Of a stretch of DNA of 64,000 nt, positions 18,049 to 25,861 are shown piece after piece (within the stretch, counting starts at the first letter, position 1; every line of letters starts with the position of its first letter). Where the stretch lies: positions 67,126-131,125 of the forward strand of contig JAGBHO010000054.1 in the NCBI GenBank assembly GCA_017935485.1, written 5' to 3'. The position numbers and the translations under genes are program-made. The notes under the pieces were generated by a model. The model saw nothing but the letters and a program-made list of their open reading frames with translations. It was not told where the DNA came from and did not search any database. The DNA is from Alphaproteobacteria bacterium (GTDB lineage Bacteria; Pseudomonadota; Alphaproteobacteria; RF32; CAG-239).

Positions 18049-18090
18049 AAAAACAGGATTGCGGTTTTGAGCCGGAATCCTGTTTTTTTT
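18047..18090. terminator. bidirectional intrinsic terminator
   Basis: A-run, then caggattgcgg-ttttgag-ccggaatcctg, then T8. Confidence 0.7.
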
Positions 18091-18091
18091 A

Positions 18092-18259
18092 TTATCCTTC
18101 GGTGTCGCCTTCCGTTTCAAGTTTGTTGAGATATTTGTTGATGTCACGGTACTTATATGAGTCATAAGCTGAATATAAGTAAATCAGAACGACCAAACAT
18201 CCCCACAAAAGAAGACCTGTCTGCCACCCGTTTAATGAATGTAAAACGTTTGCAATCAT
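18092..18259 (-). CDS. possible 55-aa single-TM peptide (below the track cut-off)
   Basis: Hand translation gives MIANVLHSLNGWQTGLLLWGCLVVLIYLYSAYDSYKYRDINKYLNKLETEGDTEG. No clear SD, so this is weak. Confidence 0.3.
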   Translation of the reverse strand: MIANVLHSLNGWQTGLLLWGCLVVLIYLYSAYDSYKYRDINKYLNKLETEGDTEG

Positions 18260-18428
18260 AGTATCTTTATTTTAATGGTTAAAAACTGGGAAGTCTGAGC
18301 TTGTGCAGAGAGTTCCGATAACGACTAAAATGATACGTGTATTTTTGTGTCATAGGCAATATAATTTAAGTTAATAATAAATTTGTACCTATGAATATAG
18401 TCTGAATCTAAGTTTTAGTCAATATCCT

Positions 18429-19073
18429 TTATCCGGCAAGTCCGGCAATTTCGGCGCGTAACTCTTCTAATCCTTTTTTCTTTTCAGAACTGGTTGCCAG
18501 CAGGCGGATATGGGCAGCCCCGTGTTTTTTGATGGTTTCTTCCGTATCGGCAATGACTTTTTGCAGTTCTTTGGCTGAGATTTTATCTGTTTTGGTCAAA
18601 ACTATCTGATAAGTAACCGCTGCCGTATCAAGCATTTTCATAATTTCTTCGTCAACTTTTTTTATACCGTGGCGGGAGTCAATCAGCAAAAAGACCCGTT
18701 TGAGGTTAACACGCCCTTGCAGATAAGCAAAAATCAGCTTCTGCCATTGTTTGACCATGCTTTCCGGCGCTTGGGCAAATCCGTAGCCGGGAAGGTCGAC
18801 CATAAGTATTTTATCGCCCAGATTAAAGTAATTCAACTGTTGGGTACGGCCGGGAGTGTTTGAGGCTTTGGCCAGATTTTTCTGTCCGGTCAAAGCATTA
18901 ATCAGGCTGGATTTGCCGACGTTGGAACGGCCGGCGAAAGCAATCTCGTCAAGTTCGGAGACCGGAAGCTGATCCAGACGGGCAACCCCGAGCATAAAAC
19001 TGCAGGAGCCTGAAAGCAGTTTGCGTCCGGCTTCCAGTTGTTCAGCGGTAAAATCTTCCGGTTTTATCTCCAT
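18429..19073 (-). CDS. engB: ribosome biogenesis GTPase YihA/EngB
   Basis: G1 motif [15 protein letters not shown]3 motif DLPGYG, and TKTD. Confidence 0.92.
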   Translation of the reverse strand: MEIKPEDFTAEQLEAGRKLLSGSCSFMLGVARLDQLPVSELDEIAFAGRSNVGKSSLINALTGQKNLAKASNTPGRTQQLNYFNLGDKILMVDLPGYGFAQAPESMVKQWQKLIFAYLQGRVNLKRVFLLIDSRHGIKKVDEEIMKMLDTAAVTYQIVLTKTDKISAKELQKVIADTEETIKKHGAAHIRLLATSSEKKKGLEELRAEIAGLAG

Positions 19074-19076
19074 GTT

Positions 19077-20756
19077 TTAAACTCCGACTTTGCGCATGAT
19101 GGCTTTTTGCTGAATGATTGAGAGCAGGTTGCTCAAAGTCCAGTAGATGACCAGACCGGAAGCAAAATGGCCGAGCATAAATGTAAAGATTAACGGCAGC
19201 ATGGCAAAAACGCGGGCCTGATCTTTATTGGCCGGTGCCGGATTGAGCTTTTGCTGAATGTACATGCTGACGCCCATCAGAATCGGCCAGATACCGATGT
19301 CCAGAAGTGCCGGAACAGGTAAATGCGACCAGACGGAAATTGTTAAGGGGTCAGGCGCCGAAAGGTCTTTGATCCAGCCGATGAACGGGGCATGACGGAT
19401 TTCAATGGAGATGTTCAGCACTTTGTACAAAGAGAAAAATACCGGAATTTGGATTAAGACCGGAAGGCAGCCGGCTGCCGGATTGATTTTTTCTTTGCGG
19501 TATAAATTCATGACTTCTTGCTGCAGTTTCATCTTGTCATCTTTGTATTTCTCCTGCAATTCCTGCATTTTGGGCTGAATTTTTTTCATGCGGGACATAC
19601 TTTCGTAAGACTTGTTGGCAACCGGATACATCAGCAGGCGCAACAGAGCGGCAAACAGCAGAATCGCCCAGCCCATATTGCCGATGATACGGTATAAAAA
19701 GTCTAAGATGTAAAAGAACGGTTTGGTCAGGAAGTAATACCAGCCGAAGTCAACCGCCAGATCAAACTTATCAATGTTGTATTGTTTGGTGTATTTATCC
19801 AGCAGTTTGATTTCTTTGGCGCCGGAATAAAACCGGATGTTCTGTGTACCGATAGAACCGGGGGCAACAGTCGCGGCATCGCCAAGGTAGTCAACCTGAT
19901 AGGTGTTGTCATCGGTTTTAATGAATTTAACTTTGGCGTTTTGATTGTTGTTAAAGACCAGAGAACTAAACCAATAACGATCGCCGAATCCGGCCCAGCC
20001 GCCGTTGGTTTTGAATTCTTCCTTATCGCCTTTTTTCTTGAGCGAAGTGTATTTTGTTTCTTTAAGAGAAGAATCAATAACGCCGAGCATTCCTTCGTGA
20101 ACAACGGCGCTGTCGGAATCTTTGCCGTTATTGACTGTTCGGCTGATTAAACCGTAAGGAAAAAGGCTGACACTTTTTGCGGTGTTGTTTTCAACGGATT
20201 GTTCAATGTTAAACATATAGTTTTTATCAAGGGATATTTTACGGATAAAGCGCAATCCCTGACCGTTGTTGTATTCCAAAACCAACGGATTTTCAGGTGT
20301 CAGTTCTCCGGTCTTGGCCTGCCAGACAGTTGAGCCGTCAGGCAGTTTTAAATTGCGGTCGTTAGACAGCCAGCCGAATTCGGCATAATAAGGAGCGGCC
20401 GTGCGGGACGGGGATAAGAGTTCAATGTCCGGGCTGTCTTTCTCCAAGCCGGTTTTATATTTGGAAAGGTAGAGTTCGTCAAAGCGGGCGCCTTTGAGGC
20501 GGATGCTGCCGTGAATGTCCGTATTGGCAAATTTTATGCGTTTTTCGGAAGCAACGGCTTCGGCTGTTGTCAGCGGCGTTTCATCAACAATAATTTTGCC
20601 GGCGTCTTCTGTCTGAAGTTCCGCGGAGGCAGCAATTTCCGGTTCCTGCTGCGGCTGTGGGGCGGCCGGCGCTTTGGGAAACAGGTAGTTGGTGACGAGA
20701 ATGGCGATAACGGATAAAATAACGGCAAGAAACAGGCCTCTGGTCTCTTCTTTCAT
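19077..20756 (-). CDS. yidC: membrane protein insertase YidC
   Basis: 559 aa with an N-terminal TM, a large periplasmic domain and a C-terminal 5-TM core, in the rpmH-rnpA-yidD-yidC context. Confidence 0.95.
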   Translation of the reverse strand: MKEETRGLFLAVILSVIAILVTNYLFPKAPAAPQPQQEPEIAASAELQTEDAGKIIVDETPLTTAEAVASEKRIKFANTDIHGSIRLKGARFDELYLSKYKTGLEKDSPDIELLSPSRTAAPYYAEFGWLSNDRNLKLPDGSTVWQAKTGELTPENPLVLEYNNGQGLRFIRKISLDKNYMFNIEQSVENNTAKSVSLFPYGLISRTVNNGKDSDSAVVHEGMLGVIDSSLKETKYTSLKKKGDKEEFKTNGGWAGFGDRYWFSSLVFNNNQNAKVKFIKTDDNTYQVDYLGDAATVAPGSIGTQNIRFYSGAKEIKLLDKYTKQYNIDKFDLAVDFGWYYFLTKPFFYILDFLYRIIGNMGWAILLFAALLRLLMYPVANKSYESMSRMKKIQPKMQELQEKYKDDKMKLQQEVMNLYRKEKINPAAGCLPVLIQIPVFFSLYKVLNISIEIRHAPFIGWIKDLSAPDPLTISVWSHLPVPALLDIGIWPILMGVSMYIQQKLNPAPANKDQARVFAMLPLIFTFMLGHFASGLVIYWTLSNLLSIIQQKAIMRKVGV

Positions 20757-20858
20757 AATTTATTACAGCTCCTTTTTGACTTTGAATACCGGTTTGCTGC
20801 CGGCAAAAAATATTTTATATCATATTTAATCCATATTCTGCGCTAAAGCAAGCAATTA

Positions 20859-21104
20859 TCAATGTTTATGCGGTTTTTCTTTCGGCGGGACGGGGTCGTA
20901 TCCGCTGCCGCCCCACGGGTGACAGCGCAGGATTCTTTTGATTCCGAGATAAAGCCCTTTGACGAGCCCGTGCGTGCGGAGCGCTTCAATCATATATTGC
21001 GAGCAGGTCGGACGGTAACGGCAAACGCCGGGCAGAAAGGGTGAGATAAAAATCTGATAGGTTTTAATCAGCAGAATCAGCGGCAGAATCAGGAGCTTTT
21101 TCAT
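20859..21104 (-). CDS. yidD: membrane protein insertion efficiency factor YidD
   Basis: 81 aa with [10 protein letters not shown] and [12 protein letters not shown] motifs. Confidence 0.92.
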   Translation of the reverse strand: MKKLLILPLILLIKTYQIFISPFLPGVCRYRPTCSQYMIEALRTHGLVKGLYLGIKRILRCHPWGGSGYDPVPPKEKPHKH

Positions 21105-21477
21105 GGGCCGTCTTCTCTTTGGTCAAAAGTTTGTTAATGCGTTTTAAGGCAATAATCATTTCTTCTTTGAGTTTGGCAAAGTCTCTGGTTGCCGTATTAT
21201 GCCGGCCGATTAAGACATAACAAACGTTGGGCAGGGCATATTTGGGAAAAATCTCGCGGGCGGCGGCACGCAAACGCCGCTTGGATCGGTTGCGGATGTG
21301 TGCTTTGCCGACTTTTTTGGTAACGGTATAGCCCAGTCCGGCGCCGCCGGTGAGGGCATTGACGGCGGGAATATGAAAAGCCGCCTGCAGAATCAAAGCG
21401 GAAGATACCATTTTTTGACCATGCGAGGCGACTTTTACAAAATCTTTGCGTTTTTTTAAGATAAAAACTTTAGTCAT
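21064..21477 (-). CDS. rnpA: RNase P protein component
   Basis: 137 aa, basic, directly downstream of rpmH. The 3' end overlaps yidD. Confidence 0.88.
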   Translation of the reverse strand: MTKVFILKKRKDFVKVASHGQKMVSSALILQAAFHIPAVNALTGGAGLGYTVTKKVGKAHIRNRSKRRLRAAAREIFPKYALPNVCYVLIGRHNTATRDFAKLKEEMIIALKRINKLLTKEKTAHEKAPDSAADSAD

Positions 21478-21495
21478 AGTTTGCTTTCACAGAAA

Positions 21496-21630
21496 CTAAG
21501 CAGAAAGTCTTTTACGTCCTCTCAAACGACGAGCAGCCAAAACTTTGCGGCCGCCGACGGTTGCCATGCGGGTGCGAAAGCCATGACGACGGGCTCTTAC
21601 CAGTTTGCTGGGTTGATATGTACGTTTCAT
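21496..21630 (-). CDS. rpmH: 50S ribosomal protein L34
   Basis: Hand-translated 44 aa: [44 protein letters not shown]. Missing from the track because it is under 60 aa. Confidence 0.95.
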   Translation of the reverse strand: MKRTYQPSKLVRARRHGFRTRMATVGGRKVLAARRLRGRKRLSA

Positions 21631-21770
21631 TTTGTTTCTCCGGTTTTTTAGTTATTTATTTAAAATTTCCAAAGTCAAAACAGTGGAAATTCTCGGTTTA
21701 CAGCTCCTTATAGACAGTTTTTGTCGGCAAGTCAATGATTTTTTGAAGGAATTTTTGTATGGTAAAAAGA

Positions 21771-21874
21771 GGCGGAGAGAAATCCGGTGAGAAAATTAAT
21801 CTCGTAAATTGGGTTTACTTGCAAGGGTTTCTCTCCAAGGAATAAGGCGTTGTTTTGGCAACGCCTTTGTTTTT
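21771..21874 (+). ncRNA. candidate structured RNA / conserved 3' element, copy 1 (unverified)
   Basis: 12-bp stem ggagagaaatcc / gggtttctctcc enclosing about 42 nt, followed by aaggcgttg-ttttgg-caacgcctt + TGTTTTT. Only 2 differences in 103 nt versus copy 2. Confidence 0.3.
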
Positions 21875-22244
21875 AGTTTGTTGCGGAATCTTGGAATGTA
21901 TCGTCGAAGTAGTCTTTTCCTGTTACTGTCTTGTCACCGGTTGCGTATTGAACGATAGCGCCGGCAGCGGCCAAAATAGCCAAACCAACGGCCAGGGAAG
22001 CAAACGCGGACCATTTGATTTTGCCGAAAATAGCACCGAAGGCCAGTAAGACCAGACCGAAACCGCCGACAATAAACACAATGCTTTTTACATTCTGAAA
22101 AGTTGTGCCGGCTTTGGTTTTGGCAATATCCATCAAGCTGTTTTGTCCGCCGCCGGTGGCTGTTGCCATAGCCGATTCTGAAATGAGGACAAAGGCCAGA
22201 ATCAGGCAGATTGTCCAAATGTTTTTTCTGAGGAAGTTCATCAT
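21873..22244 (-). CDS. TrbC/VirB2-like type IV secretion pilin-like protein, paralogue 1
   Basis: 123 aa. Signal peptide ending AMA, then a GGG-containing mature N-terminus, then two hydrophobic helices separated by GKIKWS, as in VirB2 pilins. Confidence 0.6.
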   Translation of the reverse strand: MMNFLRKNIWTICLILAFVLISESAMATATGGGQNSLMDIAKTKAGTTFQNVKSIVFIVGGFGLVLLAFGAIFGKIKWSAFASLAVGLAILAAAGAIVQYATGDKTVTGKDYFDDTFQDSATN

Positions 22245-22319
22245 TTTTCTCCTTGTTTATGACATAAATTATACCTCACCTTTCAACTAATATCAATATT
22301 TATTTAATTTAGTGTTAAC

Positions 22320-22352
22320 AAAAAAAGAGCCTGAGAATTCAGACTCTTTTTT
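22320..22352. terminator. bidirectional intrinsic terminator
   Basis: A7, then agagcctga-gaat-tcagactct, then T5, downstream of the BI-1 family gene. Confidence 0.65.
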
Positions 22353-22378
22353 GGAGATTATAACTTCCGATGCAGATT

Positions 22379-23104
22379 TTATCTGCGGTCGCCCATCAAG
22401 CGCAACAGATTGATGAAGATGTTGATGAAGTCAAGATACAATGACAAAGCGCCGGCAACGGCTTTTTTTGTCGTTATTTCACTGTCTTCATAATCAACGT
22501 ACATTGCACGGATTTTTTGCATGTCGTAGGCGGTCAAGCCGGTGAAGATCAAAACGCTTAACACCGAGAGAGCGTAAGACATGGTTTCGCTTTTCATAAA
22601 CATATTAACGACCATGGCGATAATAACGCCGATCAGTCCCATCATCAAAAAGCTGCCCAGACCGCTTAGATCACGTTTGGTGGTATAGCCGTAAAGGCTC
22701 ATGGCGCCAAAAGTCGCAGCCGTAATCAGGAAAACGCGGGTAATGCTTTCGCCGGTATATAAAAGCAGAATCGGACAGAGCGAAACGCCCATCAATGCCG
22801 AATACAGCCAGAAAACGCCTTTGACCTGAGAAGCGGTACCGCGGTTGATGACCCAGCCGAAGGCAAAAACAATGACCAACGGCGCCAAAAAGGCAATCCA
22901 ACCCAAAGCTGAAAGGCCGGCGCTTTGCGGCGTGATGTTATAAAACAGCCGCATAACAGACGGATTGCTGATAATCAGATAAGAAGCCAGAGCGGTAATG
23001 CAGAGGCCGCCGGCCATGTAGTTGAATACTTTCATCAGGTATTCTCGCAGACCTTCGTTGACGACAGTCGTTTCAACAGGTGCAGTATAGATTTTGTTTT
23101 CCAT
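22379..23104 (-). CDS. Bax inhibitor-1/YccA family membrane protein
   Basis: 241 aa, seven TM segments, typical BI-1/UPF0005 layout and C-terminus. Confidence 0.85.
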   Translation of the reverse strand: MENKIYTAPVETTVVNEGLREYLMKVFNYMAGGLCITALASYLIISNPSVMRLFYNITPQSAGLSALGWIAFLAPLVIVFAFGWVINRGTASQVKGVFWLYSALMGVSLCPILLLYTGESITRVFLITAATFGAMSLYGYTTKRDLSGLGSFLMMGLIGVIIAMVVNMFMKSETMSYALSVLSVLIFTGLTAYDMQKIRAMYVDYEDSEITTKKAVAGALSLYLDFINIFINLLRLMGDRR

Positions 23105-23184
23105 TAGGATTTTTCTCCATAGTTAAGTGACATCTCTGTTTAATATAGAAATTATTGCCGGATTAATCAAGCTTTGTGACAGGT

Positions 23185-23895
23185 TTATTCGTAGATATAA
23201 AGTTCTTTGCCGTGTTCTTTCAGCCAGTCACGCCCTTTGTCGTAACGCGGTTCAAAAAATGCAACGCAGTTCCAGAAGTCTGCGGAGTGGTCCGGATGGC
23301 GGAGGTGGGACACTTCGTGGGCAATCAGGTATTTTATGACATAGTCCGGCGCCAGAGCAATCCGCCAGTTATAGTTGATGTTGTTGCGGTTGGAGCAGCT
23401 GCCCCAGCGGCTTTTGGTGTCTTTGATACAAACATCGTTGACATGGCAGTCAATTTTTGCGGCCAGCCGCTGTGAAGCCTGACGAAACTTTTTTTGCGCC
23501 TGTTCTTTGATAAAGTCGCGCAAACGGCGGTGCAAAAATTCCCGCCCGCCGGACACGCAAACCGAATCGCCGTCAAAAAAGACGCCGGCGCGGGCTTTGG
23601 GCATATGTCTGACGGTATAAGTTTTGCCGAAGAGCGACAGTTGTTCTCCGTTTTGAAACTGTCTGATTTGCGGAATTTTGGACAGGCAGGAATCTATCCA
23701 TTCCTGATTGCTGCGGACAAATTCAAGAGCCCGTTTGCTTGAGCAGTAGCGCGGAATGGTCAGAACGGGAATTCTTTCTTTATTGTCAATTCTTAAAATC
23801 AGCTTGCTGGCACGGGGCGATTTGACAACTTTGATGTCAAAGCCCAGAGCCGCGGCATAATCAAAGGTCCGGCCAGTCAATAATGTAATTTTCAT
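23185..23895 (-). CDS. YgjP-like (DUF45/M48 family) zinc metallopeptidase
   Basis: 236 aa with the HEVSHLRHPDHS (HExxH) motif near the C-terminus. Confidence 0.82.
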   Translation of the reverse strand: MKITLLTGRTFDYAAALGFDIKVVKSPRASKLILRIDNKERIPVLTIPRYCSSKRALEFVRSNQEWIDSCLSKIPQIRQFQNGEQLSLFGKTYTVRHMPKARAGVFFDGDSVCVSGGREFLHRRLRDFIKEQAQKKFRQASQRLAAKIDCHVNDVCIKDTKSRWGSCSNRNNINYNWRIALAPDYVIKYLIAHEVSHLRHPDHSADFWNCVAFFEPRYDKGRDWLKEHGKELYIYE

Positions 23896-24367
23896 AATCT
23901 TCTATTCCTGTTTCGGAAACGGTATCTTTGTCTTTTAACGACATTCCGGCTTTGTGAACGCTGTCGGCGCGGCCGGTTTTCAGCGGATGCCAATCCGGCA
24001 GGTCAAAGCCGTTATCCAAAAGCCAATAAGCACAGGTTTTCGGCAGCCAGCGGGGTTTTTCGCGAATGGCGGCAAGGTCAATGTCACGGCAGTCCGGTAC
24101 TTTTTCAAAACGGCGGTTGTAAATTTTGCAAAGGCAGTTTTGACAGTCCAAGAATCGGCAGCGGGTGTTGGTGAATTTTATTTTTCCTTTGATCTCAAGC
24201 TTGTTCAGGCAGCATTTGCCGCAGCCGTCGCAAAGAAGTTCCCATTCTTCTTTGTTCAGGTCTTCCAGTTTTTTCTTTTTCCAGAATTCCGGTTCGAATC
24301 GGGACAAGTCGTCATAACGCGACTGCGGGTCATATGCGGCTTCCAGGCTGTATTCTTTGTTGCTCAT
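23861..24367 (-). CDS. ycgN: UPF0260 protein YcgN-like (Cys-cluster), paralogue 1
   Basis: 168 aa with CDGCGKCC, TCAYWLL and LPDWHPL, matching the E. coli YcgN pattern. Confidence 0.85.
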   Translation of the reverse strand: MSNKEYSLEAAYDPQSRYDDLSRFEPEFWKKKKLEDLNKEEWELLCDGCGKCCLNKLEIKGKIKFTNTRCRFLDCQNCLCKIYNRRFEKVPDCRDIDLAAIREKPRWLPKTCAYWLLDNGFDLPDWHPLKTGRADSVHKAGMSLKDKDTVSETGIEDYENYIIDWPDL

Positions 24368-24801
24368 TGTTCATCCCAATCCTCGATAATATGGTCTTCA
24401 AGGTCATTTTCATCAATTTCGAGTTCCGAAACACAACGGTTTTTTATGGTGTGTTCTTCTGCCATTTGGCCATCGTTTAAAAGCGGGTGCCAGTCCGGCA
24501 GGCCTTTGCCTTCTGCCAGCCGACGATAAGCGCAGGTTTGCGGCATCCAGCTGATTTTATCGACATTGTCTTTGGTCAGTTTCAGGCAGGTTGGAACCAG
24601 CTTGCAGCGTTCTTTATAACAGCTGCAGCGGCAGTGTTCTTCATCAAAATAACGGCAGACGACATTTGTATAGCAAATTTCGCCGCTGTCTTCGTCTTCC
24701 AGTTTGAACAGACAGCATTTGCCGCAGTTCATGCAGACGGCTTCCCATTCTTCCTCAGTAAAATCGGCAAGTTTTTTATGTTTCCAAAAGTGTTCCTGCA
24801 C
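24364..24801 (-). CDS. UPF0260 protein YcgN-like, paralogue 2
   Basis: CMNCGKCC, TCAYRRLAEGKGLPDWHPL. Probable GTG start at 24801 (VQEHFWKHKKL); the track ORF extends to 24888. ATGA overlap with paralogue 1. Confidence 0.8.
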   Translation of the reverse strand: MQEHFWKHKKLADFTEEEWEAVCMNCGKCCLFKLEDEDSGEICYTNVVCRYFDEEHCRCSCYKERCKLVPTCLKLTKDNVDKISWMPQTCAYRRLAEGKGLPDWHPLLNDGQMAEEHTIKNRCVSELEIDENDLEDHIIEDWDEQ

Positions 24802-24869
24802 GTCATTTTTCCTTTTTTTTAATGATTTGTCCGCTATAATACTATAAATGATTTTAAGGAGAAAGAAAA

Positions 24870-25247
24870 ATGTTTGGCTGGCTGGCAAAATTATTAATCT
24901 CGGGACCGATACAAGGCTCGGGTTGTGCGTGTTGCGAAGGAAAAAAGAAAAGATTGGAAAAAATGCAACAGGCGATTGCCGAGGGTGAGATTCCGGATTC
25001 CTTACAGTCCGAATCGGGGAAACTCAGTTTTAGTTCCGGCAGTTTTTCAGCGCATTTTAATCCGGACGGCAGCGGAGAGTTTGAATATTATGCCAAAAAT
25101 ACGGCAGAAGAAACCTGCAATTGCGGTGACGGATGTTCTTGCGGCGGAAGCTGCGGGGATGATGATGTCTGCCATTGCGGCCGAGGTGATGACTGCTGCA
25201 AGAAAACCGGAAAAAAACACGAAGGATGTTGTTGCGGAAAGCATTAA
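24870..25247 (+). CDS. Cys-rich protein with metallothionein-like C-terminal tail
   Basis: AAGGAG SD 8 nt upstream of the ATG. 125 aa; the last 45 aa carry 12 Cys (CNCGDGCSCGGSCGDDDVCHCGRGDDCCKKTGKKHEGCCCGKH), plus GCACCEG near the N-terminus. Confidence 0.7.
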   Translation: MFGWLAKLLISGPIQGSGCACCEGKKKRLEKMQQAIAEGEIPDSLQSESGKLSFSSGSFSAHFNPDGSGEFEYYAKNTAEETCNCGDGCSCGGSCGDDDVCHCGRGDDCCKKTGKKHEGCCCGKH

Positions 25248-25252
25248 GGAAA

Positions 25253-25356
25253 GGCGGAGAGAAATCCGGTGAGAAAATTAATCTCGTAAATTGGGTTTAC
25301 TTGCAAGGGTTTCTCTCCAAGGAATAAGGCGTTGTTCTGGCAACGCCTTTATTTTT
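25253..25356 (+). ncRNA. candidate structured RNA / conserved 3' element, copy 2 (unverified)
   Basis: Same stem-loop plus terminator as 21771..21874. Here it begins 6 nt after the stop of the Cys-rich gene on the same strand. Confidence 0.3.
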
Positions 25357-25726
25357 AGTTTGTTGCGGAATCTTGGAATGTATCTTTGAAATAGGAATCT
25401 TTTGTTGCTTGACTGTCGCCCGTTGCATATCTGACAATTGCACCGGCGGCGGCCAAAATAGCCAAACCAACGGCCAGAGAAGCAAAAGCCGACCATTTGA
25501 TTTTGCCGAAAATAGCACCGAATGCCAGTAAGACCAAACCAAAACCGCCGACAATAAACACAATGCTTTTTACGTTCTGAAAAGTTGTACCGGCTTTGGT
25601 CTTGGCAATATCCATCAAGCTGCCTTGTCCGCCGCCGGTATCGGCTGCCATAGCTGTTCCTGAAATGAGGACAAAGGCCAGAATCAGGCAGATTGTCCAA
25701 ATGTTTTTTCTGAGGAAGTTCATCAT
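25355..25726 (-). CDS. TrbC/VirB2-like pilin-like protein, paralogue 2
   Basis: 123 aa with 13 aa differences from paralogue 1, all near the signal-cleavage site or in the C-terminal tail. Confidence 0.6.
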   Translation of the reverse strand: MMNFLRKNIWTICLILAFVLISGTAMAADTGGGQGSLMDIAKTKAGTTFQNVKSIVFIVGGFGLVLLAFGAIFGKIKWSAFASLAVGLAILAAAGAIVRYATGDSQATKDSYFKDTFQDSATN

Positions 25727-25801
25727 TTTTCTCCTTGTTTATGACATAAATTATACCTCACCTTTCAATCAATATCAATACTTATTTAATTTAAAGTTAA
25801 T

Positions 25802-25835
25802 AAAAAAATATGTACCTGTTTGACGAGGTACATAT
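25802..25835 (-). terminator. intrinsic terminator after dnaB
   Basis: atatgtacct-gtttgacg-aggtacatat hairpin, followed by T7 on the minus strand. Confidence 0.75.
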
Positions 25836-25861
25836 TCAGAAGCGGTTATGGCAATAACGGA

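Larger units (their letters stand above)
21770..22326. repeat. 557-bp segmental duplication, copy 1 (pilin-like gene plus both flanks)
   Basis: Collinear with 25252..25808 at a constant offset of 3482 with no indels. The flanks are nearly identical and the CDS is mosaic. Confidence 0.92.
25252..25808. repeat. 557-bp segmental duplication, copy 2
   Basis: See 21770..22326. Confidence 0.92.

Noticed and set aside
21631-21770. Replication origin or DnaA-box cluster next to rpmH
   Set aside because: I could not find TTATCCACA-like boxes or an AT-rich unwinding element here. dnaA is not adjacent, and alphaproteobacterial origins are usually elsewhere.
24802-24888. N-terminal 29 codons of the track ORF for YcgN paralogue 2
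   Set aside because: The extension overlaps the divergent Cys-rich gene start and has no counterpart in YcgN homologues. The in-frame GTG at 24801 gives an N-terminus parallel to paralogue 1. The start remains uncertain.
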